Assembly (NCBI GenBank): GCA_964429765.1
Contig: CAYSDC010000002.1
Span: 9,375-35,486, forward strand
Source of the DNA: an uncultured Pseudomonadota bacterium
GTDB lineage: Bacteria > Babelota > Babeliae > Babelales > RVW-14
Length of the DNA: 26,112 nt
Direction: 5' to 3'
Shown: positions 1-8,040 of the stretch, piece after piece
Layout: the number at the start of each line of letters is the position of its first letter
Numbering within the stretch: position 1 is the stretch's first letter
The notes under the pieces: model-generated
Told to the model about the DNA's origin: nothing
Database searches by the model: none
What the model saw: only the letters and a program-made list of their open reading frames with translations
Translations under genes and position numbers: made by a program

Positions 1-74
1 TTGCTGAAAATAATTTATTTTGGCTCCACAACCTCATTTTTGGCAAGCTTAACAAGGAGCGTGAATTAATTGAT

Positions 75-1232
75 GTGCAGATTTTTAACGATTTTTTAAT
101 TAACGTTGCCGTTAATATTAGTCAAAAAAATAAAGAGACACTTAAAAAATCTTCTTGTGGTATACCACTTGATGTAAGTAATTATGAAGAACTTCAATCT
201 ATTCAATCTATTCCGCCCGTTATTTTACCAATGCTAGAAGGAATAGTTGAAAGAAATGACGTAGCGATGTTTACTCGGTGCATGACTCAAGAAAATGCCT
301 ACCTTCTTAATGCTCAAAATGATTTTTCTAATCCTTATGATACAACTTTTTATCAAGCAATTATCAAAAGAAATTTTGAAATTGCATATGCAATTTTACC
401 GTATCATCCTAATTTGAATATTAAAAATAAAGATGGGAACCTTGAATTTGTTAAAGCAATTTTACTTCGTAATCCAGACTTTATAGTTTTGGATAAGGAT
501 GGAAACACGCCGCTTGATCTAGCTGCTGCTTTAGATAGAGTTGATATTTTTAAGGCGATATTCGATTACTGTACTCAAAAACCCGGCTTGGATCTTGAAA
601 GAATTCTGCATGATGCTTTTTTGTGTGCGTTTGATAATGAAAATTTTGAAATGATCAAAGAGATATTACTGTATTACAGTGCATTCGGTTTTAAAAATGA
701 AGAAGGAGATACGGTTCTTCATCTTGCGGTTAATTCTCGCAATTCTGATGTTGTTAAGAAAATCTTGCATAATTGTTCTCCCGGCTCGATAAATATTAAA
801 AATAACCGTGGAAATACACCATTTCATAGAGCAGTTGCTTTAGCAGGTCAGCTGAAAAATCCTAATGAGATAATTGATGTTATCTTAGATTATTATTCTG
901 AGTCTAATTTCTCTGTAATCGACCCAAATATACAGAATGAACATGATCAAACGCCATTATTCATCGCCATTTGCAGTAAAAATATTAACCTTGTTAAGAG
1001 TATTTTGAGACTAAAACCCGATATCAATATTCAAGATCCATACCAGAAATGGACAGCTCTTCATTATGCTGTTCATAACGGCAATGGTGAAATAGTGAAA
1101 GAAATTTTAAAGCATAATCCTGACTTAGATTTAAAAGATTGTGGGGGTGAAACAGCATTAAGCTTGGCTCAAAAGCGTGAGAATCGGTTTATTGCTGAGA
1201 TTCTTAGTGAGCATATTCGTCAAAATAATTAA
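75..1232 (+). CDS. Ankyrin repeat protein
   Basis: Repeated ankyrin motifs: GNTPLDLAA, GDTVLHLAV, GNTPFHRAV, DQTPLFIAI, KWTALHYAVHNGN, GETALSLA. The start is uncertain (GTG 75; AAGGAG at 54-59). Confidence 0.9.
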   Translation: MQIFNDFLINVAVNISQKNKETLKKSSCGIPLDVSNYEELQSIQSIPPVILPMLEGIVERNDVAMFTRCMTQENAYLLNAQNDFSNPYDTTFYQAIIKRNFEIAYAILPYHPNLNIKNKDGNLEFVKAILLRNPDFIVLDKDGNTPLDLAAALDRVDIFKAIFDYCTQKPGLDLERILHDAFLCAFDNENFEMIKEILLYYSAFGFKNEEGDTVLHLAVNSRNSDVVKKILHNCSPGSINIKNNRGNTPFHRAVALAGQLKNPNEIIDVILDYYSESNFSVIDPNIQNEHDQTPLFIAICSKNINLVKSILRLKPDINIQDPYQKWTALHYAVHNGNGEIVKEILKHNPDLDLKDCGGETALSLAQKRENRFIAEILSEHIRQNN

Positions 1233-1328
1233 TTTTTTTACTCATCTTTTATGTCTGATATAATCCCCTTATAGGGTGTATTATCTCGGGGCTTTTACAG
1301 GTCCCTTCTTAGGTTAAAAGGAGAGTAG

Positions 1329-2300
1329 ATGAATTTTTTGTCAAAGAGTTTAGTCGTTTTATGTTTATTTGGAAGAGCTTTTTGTACTGAAGATTTTACT
1401 GAGTTAGATTTTGTAGCACATCAAGTTATTATAGATAAATGTAAAAACGTTTTAATTAAAGAGCCTTTTTCCCCTGTCTGTGACGAGGCTGGTATTCCAC
1501 TTGATACTGCTTATGCTCAGCACCCAGCGTATCAATCTTTTGCATCTTTTGATTTTTCAACAAATGATTTGCCTCCCTCAATTGATTTTCGCAATTATCC
1601 GCCATGTCCCCCAATTTATGCTCAAGAAGGCCTTTCATCATGTACTGCCTGTGCAGGAGCAAGTGTTGTGTGGTATTGGCTTTTAAAGCGTAATCCTGAA
1701 ACAGCCTATAATCCATCGCGGTTGTTTTTATACTACAATGAACGAGTAATTAAAAATGAGATACATCATTTGCCAGATTCTATAGCTGACAATGGTGCTT
1801 GGGGTCCAGATGTAATTTTGGCATTGCACCAATACGGTGTTTGTCCTGAAAGTACATGGCCCTATGAACCAGCTTTATGCGATCAAGAGCCATCACCAGA
1901 GTGTTATGAACAAGCAAAATTAAGCCTTACACAGGGTGCGTTTGTGCACAGTTTTGTTCCTCGAGATCTTACACAAATTAAAGCGGTTCTTGCACAAAAA
2001 ATACCAATTATTGTTGGTCTTGCTATCTATGAATCATCAATCACGCCGTATGCCTGGCGTACTGGAATTATTCCTACTCCAACTGATATCCCAAACGATA
2101 CCTTGGCTGGAGGGCATGAGATGATGTTTATTGGTTATGACGATAACATGGTTGGTCATGATGGAACTAAAGGTTATTTTATATTTCAAAATTCTTGGGG
2201 TGAAGGTTTTGGAGATAAAGGATATGGCTATCTGCCGTATGACTATATGATGAATCCCAAGCTTGTGTTCGGAAAATTCTTTATTAAAGGTGAAGAATAA
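1329..2300 (+). CDS. Secreted papain-like C1A cysteine peptidase (xylellain-like)
   Basis: Hydrophobic N-terminal signal. Catalytic motifs Q..SC (AQEGLSSCTA), H (GGHEMMFIGY) and N (FQNSWG..FGDKGYGYLPY); SRLFLYYNER is typical of bacterial C1. RBS GGAG upstream. Confidence 0.92.
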   Translation: MNFLSKSLVVLCLFGRAFCTEDFTELDFVAHQVIIDKCKNVLIKEPFSPVCDEAGIPLDTAYAQHPAYQSFASFDFSTNDLPPSIDFRNYPPCPPIYAQEGLSSCTACAGASVVWYWLLKRNPETAYNPSRLFLYYNERVIKNEIHHLPDSIADNGAWGPDVILALHQYGVCPESTWPYEPALCDQEPSPECYEQAKLSLTQGAFVHSFVPRDLTQIKAVLAQKIPIIVGLAIYESSITPYAWRTGIIPTPTDIPNDTLAGGHEMMFIGYDDNMVGHDGTKGYFIFQNSWGEGFGDKGYGYLPYDYMMNPKLVFGKFFIKGEE

Positions 2301-2327
2301 GAAAACTCAAATTAATTAAATATACCT

Positions 2328-2373
2328 AAAAGAGCTCTTTGCTTATTTTAACTTTTTCGCAAAGAGCTCTTTT
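2328..2373. terminator. Perfect 15-bp inverted repeat, probable intrinsic terminator (arms are themselves palindromes)
   Basis: AAAAGAGCTCTTTGC (2328-2342) / GCAAAGAGCTCTTTT (2359-2373), 16-nt loop, 27 nt after the C1 peptidase stop. Confidence 0.6.
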
Positions 2374-2399
2374 CAATAAAAACGAAAATTAAAAAAAAT

Positions 2400-2822
2400 A
2401 TGATCGCCATCGATCTTCTTAAAAATCACCAAGAGGCTATTCCTAGCCTTGTACAAATTTGGCTTGCGACACTTGGATCAGGCTGGATGAGCAATGTCTC
2501 TGCATCACAGGTTGCATTGATTGCTTTTGATGGAAATAAGCCAGTTGGTATGTGTTCATTACAGATGAATGATGGTATTCGTCCCGATGTATTTCCCTGG
2601 TTGGGTGATTTGTGTGTTGATGCAAACTATCAGAATCAAGGCATTGGTAAAAAACTTGTTTGTGCAGCACAAGAAAAAATTCGCTCGCTGGGCTTTAAAA
2701 AGCTCTATCTGTTCATTTTTGAAGAATCTCTTTTAACCTTTTATCACAAGCAAGGGTGGAAAAAAATTGGGCAGGATGTGTATGAAGGCCATCCGGTGAT
2801 TGTTATGGAATGCACCTTGTGA
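2400..2822 (+). CDS. GNAT family N-acetyltransferase
   Basis: Acetyl-CoA motif A (LCVDANYQNQGIGKKLV) and motif B (LYLF...LLTFYHKQGW). Confidence 0.85.
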   Translation: MIAIDLLKNHQEAIPSLVQIWLATLGSGWMSNVSASQVALIAFDGNKPVGMCSLQMNDGIRPDVFPWLGDLCVDANYQNQGIGKKLVCAAQEKIRSLGFKKLYLFIFEESLLTFYHKQGWKKIGQDVYEGHPVIVMECTL

Positions 2823-2857
2823 AATTATAGCCATTTTTTAGATGCTGATATTTTGGT

Positions 2858-3796
2858 CTAGAGTGCAAAAAGCTCATGGGCAAGTTGTTCGAGCGTCTCA
2901 ATATCCTTCAGTGGGAATCGTGCAGCAATCGGTTCAAAAACCTCCATGCCATGATGTTGTGCAAGACCAATTGCCTGACGGCGTAAGGCTTGAGCCAGTG
3001 TTTGATGAGCAAAATTTTTACCAATAGGCCAATTGCTTGCTTCTAAAAATATTTTAAATAATTTTTTATCGCAATTGAATGTCCCTCGATAGAGTTGAAT
3101 GAGCTCATAGTGACGATCGGTAACCATCGCATCGCCCCAATCAATGATGCCACTGAGTGCGCCATTATCGATAAATATATGTTGGTCGCACAAATCACCG
3201 TGCGTGAACACAGCTTTTGCGGGCTCTAGTTTGGCTAGATACGTATCAACTTGAGCAATCAAATGTGGAGGGAGTGAACTGGACTTTGCGGCCTCTGCTA
3301 CGTTTAACCAAGACCAATCGGCATCGGTGCTTATGCCTGTGTGCGGAGTAAGTGCGTGGATGTACTGAACCTGTCTACCAAGTTGTAGTACAAGCTCTTG
3401 TTGTTGCTGGTCAGAGAGTTGGACATGTTGCGATGCAACTCCAGATATTTTGGAAGTAATGAGATATGGCCATGATGCGTTTGCATCATCGTATAATTTG
3501 CCAAAGTTTAAAAGGTGTGGTGCAAGAATATTTGGTTGAGTTGTAACCAATGCAAGGGCTGCGTGTTCAGCTGCGTACCGTTGTTGCCAAGATTTTGAAT
3601 AACCAAATAGTTTAATAACAACATTTCCGTAAAGAAACGTCGGATATGTTGGGTTAAAGCCGGCTACCGGTTGAAGTTGAGCATCGACTAAACCATGTCG
3701 CTTCAGAATATCATTCAGGTATGGCCACCAGAAATTAACATCACCCAGACGAGAAATATGATCTTGAAGTGATATGAACAAAGGGGATGTTCTCAC
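2858..3796 (-). CDS. Aminoglycoside phosphotransferase/choline kinase-like (APH family) kinase
   Basis: Brenner motif HGDLCDQHIFID, Mg-binding GIIDWGDA, N-lobe VVIKLF. Substrate unknown. Confidence 0.85.
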   Translation of the reverse strand: MRTSPLFISLQDHISRLGDVNFWWPYLNDILKRHGLVDAQLQPVAGFNPTYPTFLYGNVVIKLFGYSKSWQQRYAAEHAALALVTTQPNILAPHLLNFGKLYDDANASWPYLITSKISGVASQHVQLSDQQQQELVLQLGRQVQYIHALTPHTGISTDADWSWLNVAEAAKSSSLPPHLIAQVDTYLAKLEPAKAVFTHGDLCDQHIFIDNGALSGIIDWGDAMVTDRHYELIQLYRGTFNCDKKLFKIFLEASNWPIGKNFAHQTLAQALRRQAIGLAQHHGMEVFEPIAARFPLKDIETLEQLAHELFAL

Positions 3797-3991
3797 AAGA
3801 AACTCCGGTTATAATCAAAGAAATGTTTTCGATGTTACTTGATATTTCGATTCTTTGGGGAAATCGTAGCAACTATTAACCAAGAACTCAACCTAGATTA
3901 ACCCAAGATAATAGTTGCGTTTATGCTTATTTAGGATAATATTTCGAAGTTTTTACCAGCATACTCAAAGAAAATAATTAAGGAAACAAAT

Positions 3992-6532
3992 TTGAAAAAG
4001 ATATCATTTTTAATTTATTTTCTCTGTACATTGATATCGTCAATACAAGCATATGAAGCTTCATTAACATCTCTTCAGCTTCATGAGCGACATTACTTTG
4101 TAAATAAAGAAGAAATGGTACGCTTTTTTAGAGATCCTCAAGCATCGCACATTGGCTATTCTCAAAAACCAACAAACTTTTATGCAGACATTTATAAAAC
4201 AGAAACATTAAGCGAAGCAATTACAGCATGCAACTCTTCCAAGCTAGAAGATAGAAGTGTTTTGTATAAAATTCAAAAAGTGCATCGTAAAAATGTAGAA
4301 GAAACTCCATCAATAACCATGCAAACTGGTACCGTTGAAGAAAGAGAAATTGAGCGGAAGAAAAATGAAAATGCTCTCTGGTGGAAAATTACAGCACCCG
4401 ATGAAAAAGAATCACATGTTTCTTACCAGTATTCGGACTTAAAACGGTTTTATGCAGAAGAACCAAAATTGTATAGCAGATGGGACTATTTTCAATCCAA
4501 AATAGGAAGCATTGGTGTTGACATTGTACAAGGGCCAGGGGGTAAGTATTCATGTGAGCTTGGGATTGGAGATCAAGACGTATGTACCCACTCGTTTAAT
4601 TCTATACAAAGAATGAAAGATCGAGCATGGCGTGATCGTCAGCATTGTATACACCGCCTTACCACTCCTGTAGATGTATTATTCCAAGAAGCAAAAGGCA
4701 GACATCTCGGCTGGGCACGATGGTTGGTAAAAAAAGCTCCACAAGAAAAAGCTGGGTTATTATGCGAAAAGGTTCAGAAGCTATTACAGATCTCGTCACC
4801 AAAAAAAGAACTGCTGTGTTTGAACCAGGTGAGTTCGCTGTACAACGATAACATTATGAAAAATAATCTCTATTTCATGTATCAAGAAGTTGAGAGATTA
4901 TCTTCTAACATAGAAGCGCACAAAGGAATTGTTTTTGGAGCAAGCAAAAAGAAGATGCATCGATTAGTTGATCAATATATACAAGAAGTAGATGCACTGT
5001 GCGAGAAATTTTATACCCACTATCCGGAGGCAAGACCAAAGAACTTTACAACCGTCATACTCTCTGAAATAGTTGAACCGCCGCGGTTTTTAGATCTGCA
5101 AAATAAGAAAGCAGTTGAAGAGTTGCATAATGCTTGGAAAAAAGAGCTTGAAGATGTTCAATCACAAGGAAATGAAGCACGAAATGCTTTGTTACGCAAA
5201 CGGCAAACGGCATTAAAAGAGTCAACTAGCCAAGCTTCACGAACTCATCGTGATTATAAATATAAGATTATCAAGCAAAAAGAGCTACTCGACGATTATA
5301 CAGAAGTATTTAGAGGTAATTGTTTTGGGTCAGAATTGGACTGTCTGCTGCATAATGAATTATGCACAACGCGAGCAGAGCTTGCTATATTGCAAGAAGA
5401 GTTCCCAGACAATGCGCGGCTTCAAGTTTTTACGCCGTTGATAAGTTCAATAACAGCTGAAGCAAAACAAGAAGAATCGGTAAAAAGAGCGTTTGCACTC
5501 TCAGACTTTGCTCGAGATGTAGTTGGTATTGTATGGGCAAAAGGAATTGGATTTTTACAGGCAGCACCAGAGGTTTTGGCCCAAGGTACTACTGCTCTTG
5601 TTAAAGGAGCCGTCAAAGGAGTTGCAACAACGCTTGATCCTCACCATTGGGCTGCAATGCTTAATCCTCAAACGTGGATAGAAGCAGCCAAAGGCGTGGC
5701 GTCATTAACAGGTTCTGTAAGTAATCTCATTGCAGCAGAAGAAGCACAAGGTGATGCTTTTCTTGTCAGCGCTGTAACCGGTAATGATGAACTCTATCTG
5801 CAAAAGCATCAAGAATTTATTGTTGCGTGTGATGAATTTGCTGGAGGGGCATTGCAACAGTTGCAGGCGATGAGTTGGGAAGAACTTCTGCAAGGCGGTG
5901 CTGAGCTTGCTACAACGTTTGTACTTGACGGCTTTGTTATGAAAGCCGCGACGCTGTATTGCACCAAAGCTGGTAAAGCTTTGATAAAAAATCTTGCAGA
6001 AGCTATCAAAGCGGACTCGGCACCTGAACGGATGGTTGAACTTGCCAGTGTTGGAAAGATTGCGCTTGAAAAAGGTGCTGAAGAAGCAATAACACTTTTA
6101 AAATCAACGCCAGAAGTTGAATCTAATGCTGCTATTATTCGTACAATCAACTCAGAAAAACTAAAAGTTCCGCTGTCTACAGTTAGTACTGAAATGACCA
6201 ATTTATGTGAATGGAGCATGCAAGAAGGTGGTAAAATGATTAATGGTAGATGGTATACGCAACATGCACTTGAAAGAATGGCTCCAAAAAATCCTGAAGT
6301 AAGGGGAGTTTTATCAAGTAGAGCTATAAAAAAAGGGTTTCCTTTTGGCTCTGAAAAACATTTTGATTATACTAATTCTAGAGGTATTCCTCCGAGTGTT
6401 GTGGAAGATGTTATTCAAAATGGTATCAAGTCAATTGGTAGTACACAAGGAACAATGGAGATTATAAAAGATCATATAAAAGTTGTAGTAAGTGAAAAAA
6501 ATGGTGCAATTGTTACAGTACATCCATATTGA
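3992..6532 (+). CDS. Secreted polymorphic toxin-like protein with C-terminal DUF4258/BECR-like putative RNase tip
   Basis: TTG start with AAGGA RBS (3980-3984). Signal peptide MKKISFLIYFLCTLISSIQA, coiled-coil middle and Gly/Ala-rich helical region. Tip (6236-6532) INGRWYTQHALERM...RGIPPSVVEDVIQNG...KVVVSEKNGAIVTVHPY. Followed by small immunity-like genes and junction repeats. Confidence 0.75.
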   Translation: MKKISFLIYFLCTLISSIQAYEASLTSLQLHERHYFVNKEEMVRFFRDPQASHIGYSQKPTNFYADIYKTETLSEAITACNSSKLEDRSVLYKIQKVHRKNVEETPSITMQTGTVEEREIERKKNENALWWKITAPDEKESHVSYQYSDLKRFYAEEPKLYSRWDYFQSKIGSIGVDIVQGPGGKYSCELGIGDQDVCTHSFNSIQRMKDRAWRDRQHCIHRLTTPVDVLFQEAKGRHLGWARWLVKKAPQEKAGLLCEKVQKLLQISSPKKELLCLNQVSSLYNDNIMKNNLYFMYQEVERLSSNIEAHKGIVFGASKKKMHRLVDQYIQEVDALCEKFYTHYPEARPKNFTTVILSEIVEPPRFLDLQNKKAVEELHNAWKKELEDVQSQGNEARNALLRKRQTALKESTSQASRTHRDYKYKIIKQKELLDDYTEVFRGNCFGSELDCLLHNELCTTRAELAILQEEFPDNARLQVFTPLISSITAEAKQEESVKRAFALSDFARDVVGIVWAKGIGFLQAAPEVLAQGTTALVKGAVKGVATTLDPHHWAAMLNPQTWIEAAKGVASLTGSVSNLIAAEEAQGDAFLVSAVTGNDELYLQKHQEFIVACDEFAGGALQQLQAMSWEELLQGGAELATTFVLDGFVMKAATLYCTKAGKALIKNLAEAIKADSAPERMVELASVGKIALEKGAEEAITLLKSTPEVESNAAIIRTINSEKLKVPLSTVSTEMTNLCEWSMQEGGKMINGRWYTQHALERMAPKNPEVRGVLSSRAIKKGFPFGSEKHFDYTNSRGIPPSVVEDVIQNGIKSIGSTQGTMEIIKDHIKVVVSEKNGAIVTVHPY

Positions 6533-6544
6533 GAAAGTGTGTGT

Positions 6545-6859
6545 ATGATTCACATTGATCAAATATCAAAATTTTTTGAAACAAGTCCTAAAATTATAGA
6601 TCAAGAAGTTGCTATTTATGAATATAAATTAACATCTGTAAATAGTTTCCGTATGGAATTTTTCATCTCAATTTGCGAAGGCTTTTTAGTTGTGACAATT
6701 TCTCATCCGACTCTAGAAATTCCGCTTTTTGAATTAGCCTTTCACCATGTTTTCAGTATTGAATGTTCTGATTGTAAAATGATTATTAAACAAGAAAGAA
6801 AAACGCAGCCAATAAATTTACAAATTAAACCTTCGTACTCTCTTGTGTTCGAATGGTAA
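6545..6859 (+). CDS. Putative cognate immunity protein 1
   Basis: Small gene 12 nt after the toxin stop (ATG 6545; GTG 6539 is an alternative). Aligns end to end with the next gene (RMEFFIS/RIEFFMS, KMII/KLII, KPSY/KPQY). Confidence 0.6.
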   Translation: MIHIDQISKFFETSPKIIDQEVAIYEYKLTSVNSFRMEFFISICEGFLVVTISHPTLEIPLFELAFHHVFSIECSDCKMIIKQERKTQPINLQIKPSYSLVFEW

Positions 6860-6883
6860 AAAAATTATTTTTAAGGAGCTAGT

Positions 6884-7225
6884 ATGATTGAGTACGATGA
6901 GTATGATTTACTTGAATTATTTGATTTAGAGTCAAAAATTTTTTGGAATGAAGACAAAGAGGCCTTTAAGTACGAGCACTCTCAAAAGAATGGATGGCGT
7001 ATTGAGTTTTTCATGTCACCATTGAGTAACATGTGCCGTATTGTGATCTGGTTCAAAGAAAATACTGATCCAATTACAAACATACACTGCACATCTATTG
7101 AAAAAGTTCTTTGCAGAAACAAAGAGAACAAATTAATTATAGTTAAAAAAGATAATCCTAAAAAATTAATCGTTCTTTTTAAACCTCAATATGTTATAGG
7201 ATTTGCAGAAATATTATTGACTTAA
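6884..7225 (+). CDS. Putative immunity protein 2 (paralog of 6545-6859)
   Basis: Strong RBS AAGGAG (6873-6878). Acidic N-terminus YDEYDLLELF, which I recall as resembling CdiI-type immunity proteins. Paralogous to the upstream gene. Confidence 0.6.
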   Translation: MIEYDEYDLLELFDLESKIFWNEDKEAFKYEHSQKNGWRIEFFMSPLSNMCRIVIWFKENTDPITNIHCTSIEKVLCRNKENKLIIVKKDNPKKLIVLFKPQYVIGFAEILLT

Positions 7226-7271
7226 TATACATTTTTTAAATGTAAAAATAATTTCCTAGAAAAGGTTACCC

Positions 7272-7486
7272 AAGCATACTCGGCACTTGCACAAATGGTT
7301 GAGCTTGCTGGTATTGGAAAGATTGCGCTTGAAGAAGGTGCTGAAGAAGCAATAATGCTTTTAAAATCAATACCAGAAGCTGAATGTAATGCCCTATTAT
7401 TCGTACAATCAACTCAGAAATTGAAAAAAAATCACTTGCAGCGGAAATATCTCCATGTGAGACTACAAATGGTGTTAATCCATCAA
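7272..7486 (+). pseudogene. Orphan toxin junction remnant 1
   Basis: 7295-7420 matches 6032-6158 at 114/127 nt by hand alignment, with a 1-nt deletion near 7393. It then diverges into a different sequence (in the corrected frame EIEKKSLAAEISPCETTNGVN). Confidence 0.8.
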
Positions 7487-7657
7487 CACCTGACGGATGG
7501 TTGAACTTGCAGGCGTTCGAAAGATTGCGCTTGAAGAAGGTGCTGAAATTCTTATAACTAAGGCGTTAAAAATAATCCTGAAATAGTAAGATAAGATGGT
7601 AAGAATCTTGTTCAAGCGGTGCTAGAGCGTACCAAAAATGCCTTAAAGGTTGAATGA
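7487..7657 (+). pseudogene. Orphan toxin junction remnant 2
   Basis: 7487-7547 matches 6021-6082 at 56/62 nt (MVELAGVRKIALEEGAE). A degraded, frameshifted tail follows (NNPEIVR*DGKNLVQAVLERTKNALKVE*), ending at TGA 7655-7657. Confidence 0.7.
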
Positions 7658-7791
7658 TAATGTTTGAAAATATTTCCTTATGGCAACAGTGTTTTATTGC
7701 TTCATTTATAGCATATGCTTTTGGTGACCTGTTTATATATTCATGCTCTTGGGTTTATAAACAAATTTATAAGCAATGTTTTAAAAGATGA
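7654..7791 (+). CDS. Small hydrophobic protein A (43-45 aa), not in ORF track
   Basis: (MI)MFENISLWQQCFIASFIAYAFGDLFIYSCSWVYKQIYKQCFKR. ATG 7654 overlaps the remnant stop (ATGA); a second in-frame ATG is at 7660. Paralog of the next ORF. Confidence 0.65.
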   Translation: MIMFENISLWQQCFIASFIAYAFGDLFIYSCSWVYKQIYKQCFKR

Positions 7792-7821
7792 TCTGTAATA
7801 TTGTTAAGAGATTGGATGCAT

Positions 7822-7950
7822 ATGTTTGAGAATATGCTCGAGTGGCAACAGTGTTTTATTGCTGTATTTATAGGACGAATCTTTGGAAGTGCCTTTAAAT
7901 ATTCGTGTTTTTGGATTTATAATTTGTACTTTAAAAATCGTTCGCTTTAA
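7822..7950 (+). CDS. Small hydrophobic protein B (42 aa), not in ORF track
   Basis: MFENMLEWQQCFIAVFIGRIFGSAFKYSCFWIYNLYFKNRSL. 22/42 identical to protein A, and both frames are intact. Confidence 0.65.
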   Translation: MFENMLEWQQCFIAVFIGRIFGSAFKYSCFWIYNLYFKNRSL

Positions 7951-7966
7951 ACTCAGTATCATTTTT

Positions 7967-8010
7967 GATGGCGTCTCCATAATTTTTTAGGTGAGACGCC
8001 ATCGTTATTT
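7967..8010 (+). terminator. Intrinsic terminator closing the toxin locus
   Basis: GATGGCGTCTC (7967-7977) / GAGACGCCATC (7993-8003), followed by GTTATTTTT. Confidence 0.75.
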
Positions 8011-8040
8011 TTAAACTATTTCAATTATCGAGATTGCGTT

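Noticed and set aside
61-99. Alternative ankyrin start ATG 73 (MCRFLTIF) that would join the main frame with one extra T in the T6 run at 92-97
   Set aside because: The resulting N-terminus is not a convincing signal peptide and GTG 75 gives an open frame. It cannot be decided without reads.
1257-1310. Weak hairpins between the ankyrin and C1 protease genes
   Set aside because: Stems are short and imperfect with no clear U-tract.
6021-7950. Repeats considered as a CRISPR array
   Set aside because: The copies are long, coding, unequal in length and irregularly spaced, and there are no cas genes.
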